Below, one piece after another: positions 12,655 through 23,847 of a DNA stretch of 64,000 nt. Source of the stretch: Amoebophrya sp. A120. Taxonomy: Eukaryota; Protista; Dinoflagellata. Every line of letters starts with the position of its first letter. Positions within the stretch are counted from its first letter, which is position 1. Under the pieces are notes generated by a model. That model saw only the letters and a list, made by a program, of their open reading frames with translations. It had not been told where the DNA came from and made no database searches. A program made the translations under genes and the position numbers. The stretch lies in contig CAJINV010000008.1 of the NCBI GenBank assembly GCA_905178155.1, forward strand, positions 2,533,762 to 2,597,761, in the 5' to 3' direction.

Positions 12655-13812
12655 TTTTTTTCCGTCGTCTCGTGACACGAGATAGTCGGTGCTTCCGCTT
12701 GCGCAAAATATTTGACCAAATGGATGTGAAACACGGAAAAATATTTTTCGACTTGTTCGGCTGTCACTGTCTAGCTACTGCATATTTCCGTCGAATTGTT
12801 AGGAAAGTAATAAAATACTTGACAACGATGTTCGCAGTTAGAAAAGCTAAACCTTGTCGTCTGTCGCGGTCGCTGTAATTGTGAAACACAAATGATCAAT
12901 GGGATACGAACGTCATCTGAACCTATTTTTGCTGATCTAAGTTTTGTTGCGGATGAGACAGAGTGCGACTTTCAGTGGAAATAATGGACAGCAACAAAAA
13001 GGGATCGATCGTCAGAATCGCCTGTACGTAGCGCATCTCGTCCACAAGAATCATAATTACTTCATTCGGAACTTTTTGTCCACAAACCATTCCTCCTTAG
13101 GGAATACTACAAAATCTTTGCACGACCAGATCACGTTGAAAAAGATTGCCTTCCCGATGATGTTTGTTTGTTTGTTCTCATGCGGGAAGGTGGGACCGCG
13201 TTTACACACCTTTTTTCTCTAGCGCTATTTCAAGAAAAATCCCTGCTTCGAAAGCCTGTGAAAAAAGACAACAACTAAAACCACTTTTCCTACAACCATT
13301 GAAAAAAGACAAATAACTCTTTCTCTGACTATTTCTGCTTGCTACTGAGCGATTAGATTTGCACTGATTTTGCTCGAAAATGGAGGATCAAGATTGCCTT
13401 CCCGATGATCATTTGTCGCAAAATCAAAAACACAACGAACCATGTTGAGCATGACCACCAGGGCGAGCGGCACCTGCTGGTGAAATGAATTTATTGTCAA
13501 CAAGCCAAGTAGCTATATGTATATTTAGGAAGCGAGCGCCGGCACGTAACATCTATATTCCCGTGTTGCACTTATCCAGGAGGCCGCAGGAACACTATAG
13601 CGACCAGAAAACAATCCACATGAAGTCCTTTGGTACAACACCTCCTCCGGTCGTGGAAAATGAAAAAAGTACAGTACAAATGGACCAGACTGCGGAATTC
13701 TAATGATAGTACTCAGCTATCGCAGAAACATACAACAGTAGCTAATAAATACCTCCGATATAATCAGCGAGAATGAGTAAGTAGACAACAAGTCGAAACC
13801 AGTGCAGACTTT

Positions 13813-15773
13813 CTACAGCATCCTTGCCGGCTGGTGACCCGGGCCGGGTTCGGTCGGATTGTGCAGAATGCCGTCTCCTCGGACCCTGTCCCCCCGCACC
13901 CCGTAGGGGAAGTGGGGGCTAACCTGCTGCGGGCTGATCTTCGCGGCTTTGCCGAAATCCTCCGGCACCGGCTCGATGGGGTGGTGCGTGTGCCGGACCA
14001 ACGTGCTCGCACGCCACCCGGTCATGCTCTTGGTCGCGTCCATGAACATCCGCGGCATGTTCTTCTTTTTGTACAGCTTCTGGCGAATCAACCACTTGCA
14101 CTTGTCCCCGTCGATGCCCATCGGCGCCACCATGCGCGACGGATCCCGGTACTCGGGGATTTATCAAATGTAAAAATGTCTGGGTCTGGAAGATTCTAAA
14201 CTTGTAATGCTGTCTCTGGATTCTAAAAAATAATGTATTGCATGACCAGCAAAAGGACTCCAGTTTGTGCTACGTGGAAAGGGCATTTCTCATGCGGTAG
14301 AGGCATCCCAAAGTCCTCTAAAAATCTGTGATGCTAGGGCATGCATCACGGACATCAAGGGTCATTCAAAATATGCATGACAAACCTGGCAATCTTCCAG
14401 ACCCAGACATTTTTGCATTTGATAGGATTGCGAACCGCACCAAACGGATGCTCAGCTCCTCGCAGACATACTTGTACAGCAAAAAGTCCGATTTGTACAG
14501 CGCCTTCATCACCTTCATCCTTCGCGACAACTATCCTGAGTAAAAACGTCCCCAACCCCCTAGTTGTCATGCAGATTTGCAGTCACAGGAAGATTTGTAA
14601 TGCGCATCCTCATGAGTATGAGAGGCATTTCCAATCGTGTTCTGGAAGTTGTGATGCTGTAAACAGGATGAGCAGAAAGATGGATTTGTGATGCTGTTGT
14701 CCTTGCTAACATGCACTACACTACGGAGTGCAACTTGTCATGCGTGGCTCCCAGAACTTCTGCATTTGTGTTGCTAAGTTCCCAACTTGACTCTGGGGCG
14801 GGGACGTTTTTACATATGATAACAACAGCAGGGTCATCACCCGTCTCGCCATGGAGTCCTTCCGGGTGCGGATCATGTGCGCGCGCAGGTTCAGGATTTT
14901 CTCCTATCAAAAGCAAATGTGTCTGGGTCTGGAAGAATGCCAGACCTGTCATGCAGGTTTTCCATGACCCATGAGGTCTGGCATGTAGGACAGAGCATGA
15001 CAGATTCTGTGAGAGTTCTATCATGCCTATCCTGCATGAGAAACTGCCTCGCGATTAGGTCAAAAGTGGACAGCTTTTGGCAATCATGCAACACAGATTT
15101 TTACACGATTCAGATTTAGCAAGACAAGTTGCTCTGTTCCAGACCCAGACACTTTCGCATTTGATATCTCCGTCAGGCAGGCGATCCGCACGGCGGGGGA
15201 GTTCGTGTCGAAGGGCGACACTTGGAACTTCCGCACCAGGCACCGCTTGCGAAACTGGTGGAGTTCTCTCGAGGAAGCGGTTTCCAGCGTGAGCAGATCT
15301 TTGACGTGCGTCGGGAGCTGGTGCACGTCGTCCTCCGTCAGCTCTTTCACGTAGTTCGTCACGGAAATCGGGTTCCCCTCCACGTCCTGCTTCATGCTAC
15401 TCAGGGGCACCACGCTCCGCTGCTTCAGAAACTCCCGCTCGCGCGCAATCTGCCAATCCGACCGCGGGGTTTCGCAACGAATCGGCCGGATACCCGTGTA
15501 CCGGTACAGGCGGTGACACCGGTACCCCTGGGACCGCACAAACCGCTTTCCCTGCAGGTTGTGGTACGTCGTACAAGTTGCGGGCTTGGAGGTGCCCTGC
15601 TCGGCGGAAATAGATGTTGTTGGGCATGATAATAAAGGGGGCGCACGAAACAGTGCACCACGACTGGAAGAACTGCTGCAACTACTACCCGAAGAGTGCA
15701 GGAACACAACAGCCGCTGTACGGCTCTTCGGCGCGGGGACGGCAGAACAGGGGTTTGTGAGAACGAGCTTCAT
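13813..15773 (-). CDS. Bacterial-type ribosomal protein uS15, probably mitochondrial; 4 exons
   Basis: Spliced product ...RKFQVSPFDTNSPAVRIACLTE|KILNLRAHMIRTRKDSMARRVMTLLL|SRRMKVMKALYKSDFLLYKYVCEELSIRLVRFAI|PEYRDPSRMVAPM... matches the S15 pattern DTGS-x-xQ/RIAxLT...HL...KD...RR...Y...L. Ser/Arg-rich N-terminal extension. Confidence 0.8.
14162..14424. mobile_element. TIR introner, family A
   Basis: Family A TIRs; perfect TSD GGATT; close relative of 43289-43550. Confidence 0.95.
14532..14821. mobile_element. TIR introner, family B
   Basis: Left TATCCTGAGTAAAAACGTCCC, right GGGACGTTTTTACATATGATA; perfect TSD ACAAC; homologous to 39530-39808. Confidence 0.93.
14905..15166. mobile_element. TIR introner, family A variant
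   Basis: Left TATCAAAAGCAAATGTGTCTGGGTCTGGAA, right TTCCAGACCCAGACACTTTCGCATTTGATA; perfect TSD TCTCC. Confidence 0.93.
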
Positions 15774-16538
15774 GATGACCCAGTCTGTAGCTTCTCTTGA
15801 TATGCATCGGATGAGAAAAGTGTAGTGTACTCTTTTTCCAATTGGCAAACCGAATGAAGACAACAAGTAGATTGAGCGAGTTTTGGCCGTTTGAACAAAA
15901 TACAGAAAACAAATCCGGTGCTGCCTACGTGTGAGCACACAAAGTCCCGCGAGCAAAAGCGGTCGGCGCCCGCATCACCACGAAGAACCGAACAACCGAA
16001 GGCTGAACTACACTCTGCGGCACGCCAAGATGAATTTGTGCCATCTTTCTCATGCTTTCGTCATCGATTCTCTGCGCAATGGTATCGGGAAGGTCCTGCT
16101 GAGCTAGGCTCGGGTTTTGCCGTGAGTTCGAACTCGTGCTGGTGCTCGTGTATAGTGCATGTGTATCCTCGGTTATTTGCTTTAAGGTTTATTCAATGGA
16201 GAAGAGAAATTTTTATTTCAACATATTCGTCTTTCGAGCAGGCTTGTACATCATCAAAAAAGAGAATTATTTTAAGGAAAGTGTATAGAAGCGGCTTGGT
16301 CGTGCAAAGAAGAACTACTTTTACCTTTGCTTTATTTTGCGGCTTGGGTGTAGAAATTCCAGTTTTCGTCTAAGACTGATTATCGGTGGGGCAAACGTGT
16401 TTTTGAAAAAACCGAAAGGATGTGACTTCAGTATCAGTTCAAATTCGAAGATTCTTCCAGCGCTGGCATGCAATGAATGAATTCGCTCCAATAGATTTCT
16501 TTCCCCGAGGATCCGACTCCTCCATCGTCCTTGGTTCC

Positions 16539-19500
16539 TCACTTCGAGCCAGAAGAAGTTGTCGCCAGAACTTTGGAATTGCAGTACTCCCGAACCAGCT
16601 GTGACGTATCCAGTACGAACGTGCTATCGCGTTCGCGGTCACAATTCGCACGCATTATAACTTGACACGATATTCTTCATAGTGCATTACAGTGCTCTAT
16701 TTTCCTGTGGCTATTCTTCAATCATCGTCACAAATTCAACTTCACGCGAGCGACTTCATGCATACTATGAAATCAATCGTTTAAAGTCATTGTTGTACAC
16801 AATTTACACACCACGCGCGATAGGTTTGCAATGTTGATACGACACCTGCCCGAGCAACTTATCTGCCTCGAGTCTCTATGCATTGCGAATATGTCTGCGT
16901 TTGGAAAGAGGCAAAATTGTGGTGCGAAGTCAGTCTGGACCTTCGCTACACACCATACATCAATCTGCAGAGCCGCAGTCTGGGTCACACTAAAACCTGG
17001 GTTGCGTGACCGCCAAAACCCGCCCCCTTCCTGCTACGCACAGAGCAAGTTTCCAACCAAGAAGCGGGGAAAATTTATTGATAAACCCATGAACCTGTAA
17101 AAAACGCTTTTGCATGCATCCATTCAAAGCCATGGCTCGTTTGTTTCCCGTCCGTCTCGTCTCCGTGTTGCACGGGGTGCATGACAAACACGTACACTCT
17201 ACTTCCAAACCGACCAAGCCTATTTGTATTTGATAGCTCCGTCGCTGCTTCCGCGTACACCCGAATCACGTCTTCCGTGCCGCTCGGACGGGCGAAGGCC
17301 CGACCCTTACCGACTGCCTGCATCGCCTCGTTTATCGCATGCTGCAGTCCCAGCGGCTGCACCACCTTGGTTTCGTCGTCCTCTTCGGTTTTCAAAACCG
17401 CGCGGTCCTCCACCAGCACCTTGGCCAACCGGTTGGGAAGATCCGTGTACTGTGCCAGCCAGTCTTCTTCACTCCACCCGTAATGCCGCAGAATGGCCTC
17501 GACGCCCAGCAAGTCAGAAAACGCATCGCCCACAGACTCGTTGATCAGATCTCGAAAAGCCAGCAAGTGCTGCGCGGCGCGGTGGGCGGCCTGTTTATTT
17601 TTGAGAAACAAACGAAATAAATAGTTTCTTGCTGGTATCTTCACCGAGTAGTAGTAGAGATGTTGACACTGTTGTAGGAAGAGGAACACGATCAGCTCGG
17701 GAAAAACAATTATCTTCACGCGCATATTTTGCTGTAGCAAGTGTCTAGTGGTACTTCATGAGCGTTTATACTGCAAAGTAACCTAAACGCCTCCAAAAAT
17801 AGCCGGAGGGAAGTGCATATGGTAGTGTAATATGTGCGTTTATTTAGATATTACGTCTCTTAACGACGCCGTTCGCAGCGCAATCCCATTGACGCTATCG
17901 ACAAACTTCTGCGAAAACACAATGGTGCCGTGCCCATTAGCTTCGAAGTAGATGCCCACATCGAGCTGCTTTGCTATGCATCACAAATTCCCATGCCTCA
18001 GTCTGGATTTTTGATGCGTGGCTTGGATGTTGCGAGTGCGACAAAGCACCGCAACATGAAGAGTAGTTGTGAATTTCCTTTTTGGAGGCAAGAAGCCCCG
18101 CGAAAGAACGTCAGGCCGTGTACAGGTTGTAAAGACAGATTATTCTGCGACGCACGAACGAAGGAACGCCAGTCAATTGCATCTTCCAGACCCAGAAAAA
18201 TGCATGTCACTTTGCAGTGGATAATCGCTTTCTCGTGGCAAAATTTCACACCCGTCTTCGCCAGGATTGGTGGTTTGCCATTCAAAACACTCGCGCCGTA
18301 GGCAACCGAGGCTCCGTTGGCGTACCCAGTCTGCACGAGGCCAATCTTCAACACCTGGTCCAGCCCACAGATCGCCAGTTTCTGCCCCAGAAATTTCGCG
18401 TAAAGAGTAGCAATGCGGTCGCCGTCGAGCAGCGCGAATTTGTCGTTTCTCAACGAGTAGTAGATGAGCCGATCTGCATCCCCGTCGAACGCGGCATATC
18501 TCCCGTCGCCCTTGCGGTTCTGCGACGGCTGTTGGTTGGACTTCACGAAATCCGCGCCGCAGTCCTTGTTCAAAACACCTTCGCCCGCGTTGAAAAGCTC
18601 AATGCCATTATGCACTGCAAATATTTCGTCTTGGCCTGGAAACTTGTTTTGATGCCACAGCTGTAGATCACGATAGGTAGATGTCATTATCACGCAGCCT
18701 GGCGTGATAATATTTTTCGCTGGTGTGCTGTCCTTGACCTTGCTGCGCATTCCGCATGAAGAGAGTCCGCTCTTTTGCGTTCGCTTGACGGTGACGCAGC
18801 TAGCAGTGTTCCATAAAAATATACGCATCACAGACCTGTGAATCATGAAGTGCGATTCTAAGTTGAAGTTTTTCTATGTTTGTGCCGTTTTTCAGTCCCA
18901 GACAAAGACGTCAAATGTGCAACGCATACTCCAGCCCGGGGAGCAGAACGCCATTGTTCGCTGCGAGACCAACTTTCGTGAACAGCTGCACCAGTCGTAT
19001 GCAAGACAGAAGTAAGTGTGCAGTCGCTCGTAGGCACTTCTACTGAACGTCAGTGTTGTGCGATTTGTACTTCTACGTGAAAGAACTCATCTACTCCTAC
19101 TCGTTATGTTCTTTCAATTTCATCTACCTGTGCAATGGTTCAGAAAGTGCCTGTGTGCATTGTAAAAATGCTATACGCACATGCTTCTTCTGAACCTCGT
19201 AGTCCCACCTCTGGCAGCACTGCCGCGCATGCGCTAATGCAAAACTACATATACAAACATCTGCCCGGTCGATAACTCTTGCTCCCACTCCATTCGCAGC
19301 GTCAATGTAAAGTTTGGGGCAATAGTTGCTGCTCGACTGCGACGCGGCAGAGGTCGTGGAGCTCTTGCTCTGCTCCGCTTGGAGAAGCCCTGATGAATCT
19401 CCCTGCGGGGAGCTACTCGCGGCGAAACCTTTTGGCAGCAAGCTGGTGCGATTCACGGTGTTCCGCCCACTGGTGGCGCTCGTGGCTGCCGTATGCGAAG

Positions 19501-21866
19501 AAAGAGGTGCAGCTGCTGTGGCGCATTCCAGTGATGCAGCGCAACCGCAAGCAGAAGGAGAAGCAACACAGACCAGCTCTGTCATCCGTACGATGCTCAG
19601 GACGTTGAGCTGCCTGTTGCTATGCATGTCTTCTCGATTGATCCCCGCATAATTGCAGACTTCTCTTCTCCTGCAGATCTAGCTGAAGTATTGCAGCAGT
19701 TGCGAATAAATCCGCAAAAATTGAAATGCGTATCAATGGTGCCACTTTTTTCTTCGCATATGTCGCAGCTCCGCCGATCCAGCCCTGCTCCAGGGAGCGA
19801 AAGCGGATCCAGGCGGAAGACAGCTTCGTGATATACCCGCAGGCGTCCGCGACCTACGAGGTGGGTATAGGCTAATTATAAAATTTTATTCTGTTTATCA
19901 TCGTTCTGCAGCGAGACTTGGCTACTATATCTCAATCTCGTGCGCCCACAAAAGTTCTTTCAACTTGCGGTGCTCTTGATTATCTTCATGTTGAAAAAAC
20001 GATCATCACGGACCGAGCAACCTTCATCGTCCCGCAGGAGCAAATTGAAACAGACTGGCGGGACAGCGTGCAATAGAAAAACTACTAGACGTCGTAATTC
20101 TAAGCAAGTACCCCGTAACTCGGTGAGTTCCAGCACCGGACGTAGAAGTGCAGTTGCGGCGTCGTGCACAAGCCTACGTACTTCGGGGTTCCCCCGAGCG
20201 CCGACACGCCCTCGATATATGCATTGCAAATATACTCGGATGTCGAGAACCCTGAGCTGCTAAACTGTCGTGAAGGATGGGCGCACTACAATACGCAGCC
20301 AAGCGTGGCAAGTTTTTGAGCACCTTATCTATGTGTTCCGCTTCCCCCAAGAGAAAACTTCATTTTTCAATGACTTCACAGTATTTTCATTTGCAAGAGG
20401 CTTTATTTTTTCATCCTGCTCATGCATTCGACAAAAGCACGACGGACTTGCATTCTTCCAGTCCTAGAGATATTTGCATGCAATGAATACGATCGCCGCA
20501 AGGGCCAAAGCGGGAGAAGAAGGTCGCGTGTCGCAGCCGATGAAAACCAGAAGCATCCCGTCTAAAAACGTCCCCACCTCAGAGTTCTTGTCATGCATAT
20601 CTGCAACCCTCAAGAAATGTTTGTCATGATCAGCCCCAACATCAGGAGCATTTTCTAACGCCGTCTAGGACTTTGTCATGCTCTACTTGTTGAGTAATCA
20701 GGAGGAGACACTAGATTTGCGATGCGGCTACGCTAGAAAAGCACGATTACGCAGAGGTCATGCGCAACAGCCAAATCCTTAAACGCCTGGATGTGGATGC
20801 ATTTGTGTTCATTCCGAGTGGTCCCCATCTTGACTCTGGGGTGGGGACGTTTTTGCTAAGGATAAGAGGGGGAGCACTGCTGCTCTTTCTCGATACAACT
20901 GGCGTGCAGCTGTTGAAAGTTGCCGGGGACGTCCCTCCCCCTATTGACGCACTGCTTGCCGCCGCACTCAATCTGGGCTTCGCCAGGTCGATCTTCTCCA
21001 TATCGCAAATGCTCGCGAGCCGTTCGGTAAGCAGTTCCTCGGGACAGTTGCACAGTGTCGTCGCGATCTGTTCGAAATGCGGAGCTAGCATGTCGCCCGT
21101 GGGATCCACTAGTTTTACCCCGTTGTCCTCGACCGGGTTGTGACTGGCGGTCACCATTATACCTGACCAAAACAATTTCTTTTCGTTCGGAAAAGAACGA
21201 AAAAGATTCGGTTGTGATGGCTAGTCATGTAGTCTACTCTCTTTCCTGTGTGCTGACTTCTATTCGTGATGTCAAAAAAATGCTGCGCCGTAGCATGCTG
21301 TTCGTCTGCATAACACGAAACAAAGAAGCAGCAGACGTCGCGCCGGTGACTTCTATTTTGACACTAAATTCAACATGGATCGCGCGCCATGCATCTCCAA
21401 TAATGACCGCGAGATTTCTGTATCGCTATTAATCAATCGAAACTCTCCCAACTTCCAGCAGTGACCCTTACCGGTCGCCTTGCCTGTTTGCTTCGCTCGT
21501 AGCACCGCTAGCGCCCCCATCCGAAAGAGACAAGCGTCCAAGTTTTCCGCTTTCGAGCGAAATCCCGCGGTTCCGTAACTCAAACTCGGCACGCCGGGCT
21601 GCCTAGGATGCGAAAAGTCTGACTTTATCTTGAAGTCTCGAAACTGCTCCTGCACGTGCTCCAAAACCGGCCCAGAACCCGTCGCGATCGCCGTCTGCAG
21701 GCTGGCGAAAGAGTGGATGCTTGCTCGCTGGACCCCTCCAAGACCGACGGGCGGCGGGGCGTGCTGGATCGAGACGGAAGTTCGAAGGGGAATCGACACT
21801 TGAGACACCAGGCCGGGGGTGACAATGGGTGGCGGCGCAGATATTGTCGACGTCGCGTATGCCCCA
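16539..21866 (-). CDS. PGM3: Phosphoacetylglucosamine mutase (PGM3/AGM1), about 12 exons
   Basis: Motifs in order after splicing: [100 protein letters not shown], then [17 protein letters not shown]...stop at 16539. The 5' end is uncertain (possibly ATG 22367). Confidence 0.93.
16607..16839. mobile_element. Eroded TIR introner in PGM3
   Basis: TATCCAGTACGAACGTGCTATCGCG vs rc TATCAACATTGCAAACCTATCGCG; flanks TGACG/CGACA; join QVS|QLVREY. Confidence 0.7.
16877..17235. mobile_element. Eroded family-A-like introner in PGM3
   Basis: Left end TATGCATTGCGAATATGTCTGCGTTTGGAA; flanks GTCTC/GCTCC; join AATE|LEADKL. Confidence 0.7.
17975..18223. mobile_element. Eroded TIR introner in PGM3
   Basis: TAT...ATA ends, internal CTTCCAGACCCAGA; flanks TTTGC/ATCGC; join HEKA(K/M)[14 protein letters not shown]. 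Confidence 0.7.
18609..18928. mobile_element. Eroded TIR introner in PGM3
   Basis: TATGCACTGCAAATATTTCGTCTTGGCCTGG vs rc TATGCGTTGCACATTTGACGTCTTTGTCTGG; TSD degenerate; removal plus 5 nt is in frame. Confidence 0.6.
19492..19760. mobile_element. Eroded TIR introner in PGM3
   Basis: TATGCGAAGAAA at both ends; flanks TGCCG/TGTCG; in-frame join. Confidence 0.75.
20218..20489. mobile_element. Eroded TIR introner in PGM3
   Basis: TATGCATTGCAAATAT vs rc TATTCATTGCATGCAAATAT; flanks CGATA/CGATC; join AAI|EGVSALGG. Confidence 0.75.
20554..20864. mobile_element. Family B introner (older copy) in PGM3
   Basis: Left CATCCCGTCTAAAAACGTCCCCA, right TGGGGACGTTTTTGCTAAGGATA; flanks AGAAG/AGAGG; join PPL|[11 protein letters not shown]. 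Confidence 0.85.
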
Positions 21867-23847
21867 CTGCAAAAGTACTACTTACTTAAAACACAGGCAC
21901 GACAGTCGCCATGCACTTCAAGACAACAAACTTGCTTGACCCTCTGCTGCATCATGTCGTGTTTGATAAATGGACTGCCTCATACTCTTCCTGACGCCTT
22001 CAGCCGTGCAAAAATGGCGCTTCTTCTTCAGGCACATCGAAAAAGTTTGATGTAGATGCAGCAGCAGCAGGTAACATTATCTATCACTAAAACAACGACA
22101 CCGGTGTAGGTGCAGCGGGTGACAATATCACTAAATCAACGAAACCGGTGGAAATAGCTTCAGTACTTTTGCGAAGCCTAAGGACGACGATGCCGCAACT
22201 CGAACTCCTCCAGGCGGGGAACTGCTTGTAGTAGCCCCACCCACGACGAGCCCCCCGCTGCTGGATGCCGCCGCGCTAGGTCTTGCTTGCAATGCAGGCA
22301 CTCCCTGCGGGCTAGTAGTGACGCTCCATCCCAACCCCGTGGGCTTCAACAGCGTTGGTGGTTGCATGTTTTCCGAAGTGGTGATGTGGTCTGTGTTTTC
22401 GATAATTGTAGATAAATTTTCACGTCCTCCGCCTACCAGTTCCGTTCCTGTCCTTGTCGGCGCAGCCTTGGAAGTGCGAGTTGTTCGAGAGGTTAATCTG
22501 ACAGCGTACGCCACATGGAGCAGCCCACACGGGGCACTTTGAAAATAGACTGGTAAGAGTCGGATTCGATGCTGTTCAATGAAGAGTAGAAACGATAAAA
22601 GGGAGCAACAAAAAGCGAATAGACGGCGATTATTTGACCTAGTAAATGTTGAAAGTTCGGTCTTTTTACGCGAAAATAACCTCGAAGTCGAAGAGAAATA
22701 TGCTGGGCTAGCAATAGAACAGGACATCAGCATCATCACAAGAAGCAACTACTTTGGCTTGCTTTGCATCTTCTGATGCTACTTCATATCACAATCACTC
22801 CTCTCCTCGTTAAAAATATTGTTGTCAAGAGACCGAAGGACACACAACCGTGGTGGGAGCTTCATCACAGAGCACGAGCAAACATCAGTCCTCCAAGTCA
22901 GGACTGTCCTCACGAATGAGCATCTAGTTCGATCCTAACCTGCATGTGCATCTTCCTGCAGGAGTCTTCTTATTTCTATTGATCAACGCGTTCAGTTCTT
23001 TTTTCTCATCGGAAGATGAACAAAAGAAGTAGATCCGGCGCTACGAAGCTTTGGTTCCGAACACCCGAGCCCAACATCACCTGGAGCAGAAAAATTATGT
23101 GCCGCACGATATAAAGCACCCATATCCACAAGTGTTTCGATACAGCAGACCAACCACGCTATTTCAGTATGGATGATATCACATGCCATGATTGTCCATC
23201 AATCATGATTCATTCGACATAATCAACATCATACAAAACATATACACCATTTCTTCTCCGCAAGGTTAGACGATCCGTGAAATCTGAAACTACTCAACTA
23301 CTGACTCTTTAACAACGATAATTTCATTAATTTACGTAAACGCTCGTATTGTTCCTGTCCGTTCTACTTTAAGATTCAGGCTCAGTCTCAGCTCAGATAG
23401 CCATATATGAGTTTCACTTTGCTATGCTACTTCGTGTCCTTTTTCGCATCATGCATGACAGTGTTGAAAATATGCAGTTAGGCGAGGACTTTACTGATTT
23501 TCGTTTACTCTTGCTGTGAGTATGCCAGGCTCAAGAAGAAAAGAGAATCTACATTTTTCACTCGTACAAACTTGAAACGGCTTACCACGGCATTGCACAG
23601 GCTTATTTGTGTCGAATCGACGTACAGTGGTGCCTTGCTGTCTTTCATCATTTTTTATTGAGTCTTTCTGTTAATTCGAGAACACTAGAGACAGAATCAA
23701 AAACAAAATGTAAACTACAATTAGAGGAGCAAGTAAGTTCTACGTGCGAAAGATGAATTGCGATAATAAATAGAGCCTGCAACTGAGATGATCATCATGA
23801 AGTGTGAATAATTAAACAAGTACTAGTTTTCTCCCGCGCCCAGCTCG

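Noticed and set aside
21869-22172. 11-bp inverted repeat GCAAAAGTACT possibly bounding a 5' intron of PGM3
   Set aside because: Removal is in frame, but it lacks TAY ends and a TSD; too weak to list as a feature.
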